Source of the DNA: Octopus vulgaris
Lineage: Eukaryota
Direction: 5' to 3'
Assembly: GCA_951406725.2 (NCBI GenBank)
Contig: OX597815.1
Location: forward strand, 186,682,001-186,746,000
Length of the DNA stretch: 64,000 nt
Both the position numbers and the translations under genes were made by a program. This document shows positions 52,195 through 64,000 of the stretch, in pieces. The notes below the pieces were generated by a model. The model saw only the letters and a program-made list of their open reading frames with translations, was not told where the DNA came from and did not search any database. The stretch's first letter is position 1, and every line of letters begins with the position of its first letter.

Positions 52195-52854
52195 ATAACT
52201 TAGATAACTTAGATATGTTTCGACCAAAGATTGGTCCAGGCCATGTCTAACTTAATAGCACCACCTGATAGGATTATTCGAATCCTGTTTAAGTCAAGTT
52301 TTGTTCAAGTAGTGAGTTCTTGTTGGGTGAGTTGTATCCAATTATGGGTGGCTTATCTGGTATTCTTTGAAGGAATCTATCCAGACTCCGTTTAAAGTTG
52401 ATGGGATCCTTTTCCCCTTTGATCTCCCTCGGGACAATGTTAAATAGGGCAGGGCATATTGAGGAAAAGAAATTATGTTACAGTGTACATGTATGTTGTG
52501 ATCTTGAATTAGGCAGGGGACGTATGGCCCGTGGTCCCAGTCTTGGATGAACCTTGAAGCTAATGTTAAGGTCGTTTGGGCAAAGTTGGCGGTATATTCT
52601 CCACATCGTACAAATGATTACCGCTCACGGCCTCGCTGGAGGGAGTAAAGTTTCAAGGCTTTAAGGCGATCCCAATAATCGAGAGCAGCCATGCCTTCAA
52701 TTTGTTTAGTGAGTGCCCTCTGGGGTGACTCAATTCTGGAGATGTTTTGTCTTGTATGGGGAGACCACAGTGGGCAGCAGTATTCAAGGTGTGGCCGTAC
52801 AAAGGACGAGAAAAGTGGTATGATGACACCTTGTTCTCTGGACCGGAAAGTTCT
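52195..52854 (-). mobile_element. CR1-clade LINE, 3' fragment
   Basis: - strand translates RTFRSRE..IIPLFSSFVRPHLEYCCPLWSPH..IESPQRALTK..LDYWDRLKALKLYSLQRGRER..FKRSLDRFL. Tandem tail (tatctaagt)2. Confidence 0.88.
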
Positions 52855-53349
52855 TGCCGCAGAGAATGGAAAGAATTATGATGATTGGCTCATCTTGTTT
52901 GATGATAGCCGTCTCGCATTCAATGTGATTGTTCTGATTCACTTTCAGCCCTGCACGAGTAAGGATTTGACTTTTCACGCCACGAATTCATCGCCAAAGG
53001 ACTTTATAAAATACAAAATGGAGCATAAAATGAAATAATAGTGAAACGTTTGTACTTCACTGAATTTAAGTGACAAAAAACTTGTACAATTCTTTTGATA
53101 CTCTCTCAGTCGCCATAATTTTGAAAACTAAAAGAACTACAAAAAATTCGCATTATTTATGGGATGACCCAATATATGGAGGCAACCTCTATTTTTTATC
53201 TTTTCATTAATATTATATAATAGACAGTTATAAAACAAATAAATGTGACAGTATAGGTCTGAGTATTATGTACATTACAATAAAATTGGACGGTCACGGT
53301 TGGAATGGTTTTGATCATAGATTAGCTTGATTAAGACTGCTAAGAGCTA

Positions 53350-53871
53350 CCGTAAATCCTCGAGTATAGTCCGCCCTTGAGTATAATACGCATGGGATTT
53401 TTATGGGGCTGTACCTCTGAAAAACCTAAACCTTGTGTATAATACGCACCCCTTCTCTAACTTGAGTCGTGCGTAATTAAGCCAGCAGCACCTAGTCGAA
53501 CAAACACTTCCGTGCATGCGTAATACAATAATGGTGATGTTCTTAACTGTTATATGGGAATGTAAATATGTTTTAAAATTGTTTTTGTTACATGTTATTC
53601 TGTGTTCTGAATACTTATATTTTAATAAATTTTGCTTACTGCAAGTTATGGATGATTCTTTTATGACTCCATTGCTATCAGGCTTAGCTTAAGATATTTT
53701 CGCGTCCAACATCACAAAATGCGTCTGAATAAACATTGCCGGACAGCAAATAGAGACACGGACATTGCTTAGAAAATATTTTTCATTTTTAACCTTGTAT
53801 ATAGTACGCACTAGGGATTTTGACCTTTAAATTTTGGGGTGAAAATGCGGATTATACTCGAGGATTTACGG
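53350..53871. mobile_element. Tc1/mariner-pogo MITE
   Basis: Perfect TIR ccgtaaatcctcgagtata, with TA TSD on both sides. Confidence 0.9.
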
Positions 53872-55604
53872 TAATCAACAACACAGTGGTAGTAGTCAGA
53901 GAGATTGTACTTGAACTCTGGACCTGCTAAAACCAGCCAAGCCGTAGTAAAAGTTCACCTTTCCATCTTAAATAAAGAAGAAAAATATTTAGATAATTAA
54001 CTACTGTTTTATTAGCGGTTTCATTCTGTGCTACACAATACATCAATAGATTTGAGCCAACGTTATGTACCAGACAGCTATAGACAAAAAAAAAGTGAAA
54101 TTAAAATATTTGTTAATCATTAATACACAACGCAAAGACAAATACAGCAAAATAAAAACAAGAATTGAAATGAAAGAATGTCAGAAATCAAATGACCACG
54201 AGAAACCACAATCAATTCGTTTGAATAAAAAGTAACAACAATTTGTGCAATAAAAGAAACTATTCATTTCAGTTCATCTTAATACATTACAGAAGAAAAA
54301 GATAACAGAAAATTATAAAAGGTCAAAATTATGATTACAAAATTTATCGATAGCACATAAGATGGTAACTGAGAGGTCTAATAAGAGACTGAGGTAAAAT
54401 TGGTTTCAATTTTCAGCACAAAGCTAGAAATTTCGGGAGATTGTTAAGTCCATTACATCGATCCCAGTGTTCAAATGGCAATTATTTTATCGATCCTGAA
54501 GTGATGAAAGGTAAAATCGATTTGGGTGGATTTGGATCTCAGAACGTAAAGACGAACGAAATACCGCAACGCATTTTGCTCACCGCGGTAACGATTCTGC
54601 CTGATCGCCGCCTTAAGAGACTCATGTAATATTAAAACAATATCTGATAGACCCACTAAGGAGGACACAAATTTAATACCAATCTTACTCAAACAGCAAA
54701 CCCTAAAAAGTATTCACCCATAATCTGCTTTTCTACAACTTGTCCATTAAGGTGTGCAGTTAAGTTTTAGAGTGTTCTACCCATAGACTTACGACTTAGG
54801 TTCGGGTTTTGGACAGGTGGTGCGTTGTGCCCTTAAGTAAGGCGCTTCCTTTCACGTTGCTCCGATGCACTCAGCTTTATTGATTACCTGCTGGATACTG
54901 GTTAAACTTTATCCTGTCAACTACCACATCCTGGCTGTCCGCTGGTTCATGCGAGTGGGTTTAGATCGTGTGGTTTTATTTGCTCCCAACTACATAAGCA
55001 TCGAATACAATCAGCAAAAGCATGGTAAATGCTATCAAGTCATATTCACTCGTCAGTGACGACCGGTGGTGCTGTACCTTATAGAACTTAGCAGCGAAGA
55101 TAATGAATAAACATCTGGATAAACCCGTGTTTCCAGTAGACACTAAGGGTTGCTTCAAAGGCATGTAAGGCTATAAGATCAATTATTTTAACTAATAATC
55201 GATAAAGGTAAAATAAGAATAAAGGTAGATCAAGAATTGACTGCCAAGAAACTTTTGACAGTGTTTGCTATACGTGTGTCCTAGGAACATTAATCGTGGA
55301 AAGAAAGCTCCAATATAAGTATATATATATATATATATTACCTTTGCCATGAGTAAGCGACAAACAATTTGGTAGATGCAGAAAAAAGACTGAATTATAA
55401 AAGTAAGCCTCATTTATGTTAGAAGAGGAATATTTCAATGTAAAATTCACACACCATAACCGTTTTGTGTGGCACTAATACATTTGATGAGAGTGTTAAG
55501 CCAAACTGAACTCGGACAAACATACTATATTAATACTAAAAGAATCCACTATTTTTTTCTATACGGAAGTCCTAACATTGAATATATCAAATTATGAAGA
55601 ACTA

Positions 55605-55808
55605 GGGCGGCGAGCTGGCAGAAACGTTAGCACGTCGGACGAAATGCTTAGCAGTATTTCATCTGTCTTTACGTTCTGAGTTCAAATTCCGCCGAGGTCG
55701 ACTTTGCCTTTCATCCTTTCGGGGTCGATTAAATAAGTACCCGTTACGCACTTTGTCTGCCCTTGTTTGTCCCCTCTATGTCTAGCCCCTTGTGGATAAT
55801 AAAGAAAT
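55605..55808 (+). mobile_element. Solo SINE A2
   Basis: 23-bp TSD atatatca(a/g)attatgaa(g/c)aacta (55582-55604/55809-55831). Confidence 0.9.
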
Positions 55809-56767
55809 ATATATCAGATTATGAACAACTAAAATAGTGCTATTGATAGTAAATTATTTGCATCAAAAATTAGTATGAGATTCGGATTTGTGCCAGAGCA
55901 GGCCTGGAGAATTTGAAGAACACGCATATTCTGCTAATACAAAAGAAAAATCAGATAAAAAGAAGTTCAACAAATACTTATTCAAAAATACTTAGCAATC
56001 AATTAGTTTGACAGCACACAACACATCCAAATGAAATAAAGTATTATGACTAAATTATGGATGCATTAAAATAATGCTTAAAAGATAGATAAACTCAAAG
56101 TAAAAGATGTTAAGGTGCATCAATATCTTAGCTATTTCAGTCGAAATAGTAATACTTTTGACGGGAAGCCAAATGAATTAACAAAACTTGATAAAAGAAA
56201 ATAATGACTGCATTTAAAATATTGCATACAAAATCTGACAGAGAAAAATTATATTCACCATGAAGGTAAGGAGTTCATTCTATTCCGTAGTATCTACTGT
56301 ATGACTACCAATACCTCCTGCTAAAACATCTGCTAAAGAACGGTGAAAATACGCATGAAAATAAAAATGTGTTTTCTGTCTTCGTGAAGGCTATTAAATA
56401 GAAAACAAGTATCTGAAGTGACAGACGGTCGGTAAGTGAGAGAAAAAACAGATGATTACTTACGAGAAAAAAAATAAAGAAAACTATCATTCCGAACTAA
56501 AATGTAGTCACAGAACACCGTGCTAAATTGATGTCAAGAAAACCATCAAATCAGTCAAAATTGAATGAATAAGCATCATAGAAATAAACCACCCGTGAGC
56601 GTTTTCACTTTTTGGGCAAGACAATGAGACTCTTCGTCTTTTTGACAGCTCGCCAGAACTTCATAACCTATCGGTAGGGTATTTACCAACAATCTATCAT
56701 TTTTCAGTTTTAATACGTTTGTACCCGATCTCCTCTTCAATTTGTACAATGTTCATCTTGCTCTATA

Positions 56768-57240
56768 GCAGAAACGTTAGCACGCCAGGCGAAATGCTTA
56801 GCGGTATTTCGTCTGCGGCGAAATGCTTAGCGGTATTTCGTCTGCGGCGAGCTGGCAGAAACGTTAGCACGCCGGGCGAAATGAGTAGCCGTATTTCGTC
56901 TGCCGTTACGTTCTGAGCTCAAATTCCGCCGAGGTTGACTTTGCCTTTCATCCTTTCGGGGTCGATAAATTAAGTACCAGTTACGCACTGGGGCCGATGT
57001 AATCGAGGTAATCCGTTTGTCTGTCCTTGTGTGTTCCTTCTGTGTTTAGCCCATTGTGGGTAGTAAAGAAATAGGTATTTCGTCTGCTGCTACGTTCTGA
57101 GTTCAAATTCCGCCGAGGTTAACTTTGCCTGTCATCCTTTCGGTGTCGATAAATTAAGTACCAGTTGCGTACTCGGGTCGAGTTAATCGACTGGCCCCTC
57201 TCCAAAAATTTAGGGTCTTGTGCCTAGAGTAGAAAAGAGT
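56768..57240 (+). mobile_element. SINE A1 host with a full-length SINE A2 (56846-57073) inserted in its head
   Basis: 14-bp TSD GGTATTTCGTCTGC at 56832-56845 and 57074-57087, with an extra copy at 56803-56816. Confidence 0.92.
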
Positions 57241-57386
57241 ATAGTAGGTTTCACTTTACAGAATGTATTGGAAACTCCCTCAATTCAAACATTATGCCAG
57301 TATTTGTTTCTATGGTTTATATATCACTGACAATTAATCAGTTAGTGTATATATGGGATTTTATTTCCATACTTTTCATACATGTG

Positions 57387-57862
<476 letters not shown>

Positions 57863-58095
57863 GATATAATTGGCATTTATAAAATTTGCCTTCAACCCAA
57901 GCGGATGCGTAATGCTGAAAATCACCGATGTCCATCACTCCCAAACGGGATTGAGGGTGAGTTATCTCGCCTGTCCAAGATTCTAAGGTATTTTCACATC
58001 GGCGACATGTGAGTTATATACTCCGCTATGCCTTTGCATCCACTGGAAAATACACAAAGCTATACATTAGCACATATATTTAATAACACACACAC

Positions 58096-58182
<87 letters not shown>

Positions 58183-58214
58183 TGTATGTATGTATGTATG
58201 TATGGTATGTATGC

Positions 58215-58388
58215 ATATGACGTGTAATATTTATAAACAAACGCGAAAGGATCTGTAAGTTACGCAGAAGTTACTATGGAAGACTCATAGAATAAAATGT
58301 ATTATTATACTATGAGTCTTCCATAGTAGCTTTCTCTCCGAAACTTACAAAGTCTTTCGCGTTTCTTTACACATATTATATGTAATAT
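58215..58388. repeat. Imperfect inverted repeat (about 75-bp arms)
   Basis: Perfect 19-bp core tactatggaagactcatag (58272-58290) / ctatgagtcttccatagta (58310-58328). Outer aaacgcgaaag / ctttcgcgttt. Confidence 0.88.
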
Positions 58389-58544
58389 TAGACAGTTTAA
58401 GTTCATATTAACTAAATTTAACAGATGTGCAAGGAGCCCTGTTACCGTTGACTTGTGAGTCCGATTCTGGCTGGGGTTAGCTCATCATTTTTCAGTCATT
58501 TCTATTTAAAAAATTCGCTTCAGATCGGAGAATAAAATATTATC

Positions 58545-58598
<54 letters not shown>

Positions 58599-58964
58599 TA
58601 TATAAGAAAAATATTTATATATGTGAGTTTGTATGTAATTATATCTAGCATTAAATTGGAAGTCATATAATAAATGCGTAGAACAACTTCTACACTCCTG
58701 TACCCCCGAAGGGAAAATGTGAGGAAGACTTCTATCATATTCCGAATTTCATCTGGTTTGGATTCTACAGTTGGAAAGGTCACAGAGTATATGTGGAAAG
58801 TAAAACAAAACAGGTGTATTCATTCATAAAATATTTAGTTGCGTTTTACTATTTCTTTTCATGTAGCTGCGTGCGTGTGTGTCTGTGTGTGTGTGCGTGT
58901 GTGTGAGGAAATCAAGAAGTCATGAAATCTGAACAGTGAGAAAGGTAAATAGATAGCTAGAGAG

Positions 58965-59037
58965 ACGGGCAGAAAGAAGGAAAGAAAAAAAAGAAAGAAA
59001 GAAAGAGAGAGAGAAAGAAAGAAAGAAAGAGAGAGAG

Positions 59038-59076
<39 letters not shown>

Positions 59077-59081
59077 AGGAG

Positions 59082-59116
<35 letters not shown>

Positions 59117-59175
59117 AGGAGAGAAAGAAAGAAAGAAAGAGAGACAGACAGAAAGAAAGAAAGAGAGAAAGATGG

Positions 59176-59220
<45 letters not shown>

Positions 59221-59262
59221 GAAGGAAAGAAGGAAAGAAAGAGAGAAAGAAAGAAAGAAAAA

Positions 59263-59302
<40 letters not shown>

Positions 59303-59303
59303 G

Positions 59304-59338
<35 letters not shown>

Positions 59339-59367
59339 GAGAAAAAGAAAGAAAGAGAGAGAGAGAG
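58965..59367. repeat. Polypurine (GAAA)n/(GA)n tract
   Basis: Direct reading; about 400 nt, nearly all purine. Confidence 0.95.
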
Positions 59368-59596
59368 CTACAAAATCTATGAAAAATACACTGATAACAT
59401 GGAAGATACGTTAACAGACATATCTACCAAAAGCTTTCGTGCGTGAGAATACATGGCTGTCTTGAAGTCTGAGATATACTTGTTCTGAGTTGTTTGTGCA
59501 AGTCGATGAATGGAGATAACAATCAATAAATGTGCACATCGTTATTTAATATTCTCTTATTTCGTTTATGGATTTCTTTCGGTATATATGTGTCAC

Positions 59597-59636
<40 letters not shown>

Positions 59637-59680
59637 CTGTGAGTGCTAATTTACGTGTGTGTGTGTGTGCCTATGCATAG

Positions 59681-59927
59681 ACGCTTTGCAAACAACTTGC
59701 ACATGCAAGTGCTACCAGTCGAAATCTCTGCATACCGCATGCTAGCAAATGTATGGAGTCATCGGGAGAGAATGCGCGCCGTTTAGAGGCCTACCTCTCA
59801 CCGGCATCATTGCGCACCGCCCTGCCCCCACCTCATGACGTGGGGCGCCGCTTGGTAGATCAACCGGTTATCAAATATACCTCAATATTTTTCTAGCCAT
59901 TGCTCATCGTCTATTTTGAACCAAATC
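59681..59927. repeat. Unclassified dispersed GC-rich repeat, copy 2 (inverted relative to 38974-39210)
   Basis: Aligns to copy 1. Confidence 0.85.
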
Positions 59928-59937
59928 ATGTATATTG

Positions 59938-60514
59938 CTGAGACCTGCTTCTGTCATGACTGACCACGGGATTACACCGAGAAAGTTATCCTCCCAGGCG
60001 CACAAGTCTGGGCAAGGTTGTTTATGGAAGACCAGCATTCACCCATGCATACCTATTTCTTTATTACCCACAAGGGGCTAAACACAGAGGGTACAAACAA
60101 GGACAGACATAGGTATTAAGTCGATTACATCGACCCCAGTGCGTAACTGGTACTTAATTTATCGACCCCGAAAGGATGAAAGGCAAAGTCGACCTCGGCG
60201 GAATTCGAACTCACAACGTAACGCAGACGAAATACCGCTAAGCATTTCACCCGGCGTGCTAACGTTTCTGCCGGCTCGCCGCCTTTTCACCCATGCATAC
60301 CGGCCTCCCCTCTCCACGCCACCAGTGTTATCCAAGGGAAAGGCAAAGGCCAATACAGTTTGACACCAGTGACGTCACAACTCATTTTACGGCTGAGTGA
60401 ACTGGAGCAATGTGAAATTAAGTGTCTTGCTCAAGAACACAATACGCAGCCCAGTCCTGGATTCGAACTCACAACCTTACGATCGTAAGCTCTAACCACT
60501 GAACCATGCACCTT

Positions 60515-60517
<3 letters not shown>
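59938..60517 (-). mobile_element. tRNA-headed CORE-like SINE hosting a SINE A2 (60054-60285)
   Basis: Host head tggttcagtggttagag..gagttcgaatcc and CORE-like gttcttgagcaagacacttaa. Insert TSD ttcacccatgcatacc (60038-60053/60286-60301). Confidence 0.87.
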
Positions 60518-60603
<86 letters not shown>

Positions 60604-60639
60604 CTGGTTTTGTCTCTATATTGTTATTATATTTATTAT

Positions 60640-60681
<42 letters not shown>

Positions 60682-63166
60682 ATATTTTTTAGTTCTTTGT
60701 GCACTTCAGTCACCGCTGAGAAGTGTTGGTGCATGTGCAAAAAAACAGTATCGTTAAATACAGTGTACAAAGTTATTTGTTTGCTCAAATCTAAGATAAA
60801 GCCAATGATCTTTGAGTTAAACAAACGAAAATGAGTTTTTTTCTACTCCACTAATTACCTTTTTCCTCGAAGGTCATTAATGGCATAATTAAATTTAAAT
60901 CGCTTTCAAATAGAAATAGAATTTGAATGAGAAATATTGTTTGTCTAGGGCTTATCTCCCCCTTCACATCGCTCTTTTTACACTTAAGAAATTTATCTTC
61001 GCCCTTCAAAAATATATATACCTTTTGGGGTTTTTTGTATTGTCATTATCATTTCAGAATTGTTTTGATTACATAAAAAATCTTTAAAAGTAACTAACAA
61101 TAAGTCAATCCAATGAGATAATAGCTATGCAGTTGTCCAATCAAAAGTAGCAGCCAAATGTTCCTTGAATCAGAAAAAAAAAACATCTGATCTTGTAATT
61201 GTGGATACATTATACCTGACAATATGACCGGATGGAATATCTTTGATCATAGATCTGCATCTTTTGAATTAGCTCGGAGTTAAACAACAGCAATAACAAC
61301 AACTTGAAGAAATAAGAAATTTACTCGTAAATTATCTATAAATCGTGAACAGAGTTTAGTGTTTAAAGGTGATAACATGATAAAGCATTTATTTATTAAA
61401 AATTAACAATATGTTAAATGTTTGAAAATGCACGAAAGCTTCAGGGCGATTTTATTCTCTAAAAAAAAAAAATAGAGATAATCCGCTAAAATGTCTTCGA
61501 AAGATGTTAATGCGAATGCATTCTGTTACACATCTCCTGTGAATTTCTGACATCGTGTCTCAGAAAAAGAAATCAATATAATTATACATAATCAAACTGA
61601 TTTATTGATTAGAATATCAATAGAATGTCAATCAACTCACAAAGATATTTATGTATTATAGTCTTGCAAAATCGAATATGATAATTGTAAGAATTTGACG
61701 TTTTATTTTAAATTGAAATTATATAACTGAAAAACAAATATATCTGTTATTTTGATATAGGTTCCAACGTATAGACTTTATTATAGCCTGCATTGTTTCA
61801 AGTTTACATAGAAATATAGTTTTGTCGTATTAGATGAATACTAATTAAGTTTTATATTTGTTATTTGTCCTTTTATGACATCTCCGAATAAATTATATAT
61901 TGTTCAATTTTAGACATAATTTGCTGTCTGAAATATTCTTTATTCTTCATTTTATATTCGCAATCCAACGACCGTGTGTTGGCACTACTGCTGCAATGCT
62001 AATATATGCACAGTTCAAAATAGGCAATAATGCAACCAATTCCGGCGTTTAAAATATATCGATTCCTGATTTCAGTTCTTCAGTATAATAAACCAGACAA
62101 TTTAGGCGAGTAATATGATATATTAGAAGTAGTCGTGCTTCAAAATAGTAGATGATGATACATTATACTTCAAGCCTTGTCATTTAACAAAACAAAATAA
62201 AGGAAAATAATGAGTCTCGGTGAATAATACCGAGTTGAAGAAAAATATAGTTATTCAATATATCTGATTTAAGAACATTGTGAGATGTGAAGAAGTAAAA
62301 CATTAAACATTGCGCAGAGAAGAACAATGCGGCGTGGGAAAATGACCTGCAGGAATGAGTCAAAAGGCTGCGACCTAACAACCGCATCCAAACTCGCTGC
62401 AGCCATCTTGCAGTGATAATTCCTTTTATTTTTTTCCTAAAGACAATAAATATAATAAATAGTGCTCATAATACAACACCACTATATTTGTAAATACTTA
62501 AAAAATAATTTTTAAGACCATAAAGAACGAAATAAAGCAACACTATACGTGTAAATATTTATATTCGATCAGATCATCTTTTTATTTTTTTCTATTTTTT
62601 CAGGTGTGAAAGGTGTGAGAAGAACTACACAGAATACGTCAATATTTATTAAAAATCATTTTTTTTCTTACTTTTGCAATGTTCATTGTTATGCTAGTTG
62701 ACAACTCTCCAAGAGGTGTGACAAAGATAGGTGTTACTACTCTTGTGTGCGAACTAACTGCTAATTTATACCTAGTTTCAAATCCATTTCATGATGGCAG
62801 CAGCAATTCGCTCATAAACTGAAAAGAATATGTTTGTCAGGGATGGGTATACATGTTACCGATAGTAGTTTCGTAGTTTGGACGAAGAGGTGTGCCATGG
62901 CCATCAGAGATAATCAGAAAAGGAGTAATTTGTTGTCAAAGATTGCGCGTCGAAGATTGCAAGAAAAACATGAGAACCTAGGGATTTTGAAATGGCCAAC
63001 ATTTAACAGAGAAAAACTGATCATATGTATAGAAGCAGGTATGATGGCTAGATACAATGGGGATGGTGAGGGTATCATACAGAGAGTATTATAAAGGTGG
63101 CACAGGAACTGCCAAATCTGAGGTACAGAGCTCACTGTAGTAACACTACTTTATTATCCTCTACCC

Positions 63167-63214
<48 letters not shown>

Positions 63215-63266
63215 CTGACTATACACACATACATACATACATACATACATACATACATACATACAA

Positions 63267-63458
63267 TCGTTGGCGATTTTCTTTCTCCGTCTTCCCTTCC
63301 TTGGATCTTTCCTTTTCCTATGTTTCTGACAAGGAGCTCCGCTCGAAACGTTAAATCCTCCTTCTTTCTTTCGTTTCCTGAGCGTCCAATAACACTATAC
63401 TTGTTCCATGTCCTCGCGTTGTTGTGTTTTCTCTTTGTGTTTTCATGTTTGGATTAAC
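63267..63458 (+). mobile_element. pLTR-like hammerhead module (ribozyme 63322-63356, G8>A)
   Basis: GTTT-CTGACAA-G-GAGC-tcc-GCTC-GAAACGTT-AAAT. Homologous to 46560-46746 and embedded in (TACA)n. Confidence 0.75.
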
Positions 63459-63734
63459 ATACATACATACATACATACATACATACATACATACATACAT
63501 ACATAAAGGGGCGGGAGGCGGTATGTCTATGAGCCGTTTATGTGAGTCTACTAGCATGTGGTTTGATACAAATCACTGGACTAGCCTTTGGCAAATTGTA
63601 TAGATTTTGTAATACGTGTACATTCAAGGTTTCATTTCATAATTGAGGCTAAAATGTTTCGTACATTCCTTCTACTCTTCATTCTGCATTGAGAATCTTC
63701 TTTCTATACTTTCTCATCCTCTCCCCGTCTCCGT

Positions 63735-63782
<48 letters not shown>

Positions 63783-63854
63783 CTAACTATACACACACAC
63801 ATACACATACATTCATACATAGATACGTACACACATACTTATATATATGTGAGT

Positions 63855-63985
63855 GTGTGTTCCTTTCCGTTGAAGAGCGTAAGCTGGAAACGTAAAAGAC
63901 TGTCTCACCTTCCCGAGCGTTAAACTAATACACCTGTGCGTTCTTTATACACCTGTCTTTTCTTTTTCTGTAAATTTCAACTATA
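63855..63985 (+). mobile_element. pLTR-like module with variant hammerhead (63863-63898)
   Basis: CTTT-CCGTTGA-A-GAGC-gtaa-GCTg-GAAACGTA-AAAG. Homologous to 13400-13530. Confidence 0.58.
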
Positions 63986-64000
63986 CACACACACATATAT

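Noticed and set aside
62269-62406. Minus-strand ORF MAAASLDAVVRSQ... starting in a CAAGATGGC (YY1-like) context
   Set aside because: Only 45 codons, no convincing donor site and no recognisable homology.
62834-63094. 86-aa ORF as a gene or gag fragment
   Set aside because: No motif I can identify with confidence.

Overview
AT-rich, microsatellite-dense eukaryotic DNA, most likely intronic or intergenic. The repeat content suggests an octopus or other coleoid cephalopod (inference from recognised SINE families). No complete host gene can be supported; there are only a few candidate + strand exons. The window holds many tRNA-headed SINEs from several modular families, 3' fragments of RTE, CR1 and L1/Tx1 LINEs, a 5'-truncated Penelope-like element (RT + GIY-YIG, one frameshift), four non-autonomous Helitrons and four MITEs. 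Two patterns stand out. (1) One SINE variant has a 3' tail matching the 3' end of the Tx1-like LINE in this window. It repeatedly inserts, with TSDs, at a GGTA motif inside copies of its own family, building tandem arrays, and the LINE itself sits 14 nt from that site in a SINE head. (2) Ten minimal type-I hammerhead ribozyme motifs from six families occur in small modules, mostly next to microsatellites and often with inverted duplications. They include a tRNA-headed SINE with a hammerhead tail and non-canonical cores. All calls are by eye; no searches or folding programs were run.
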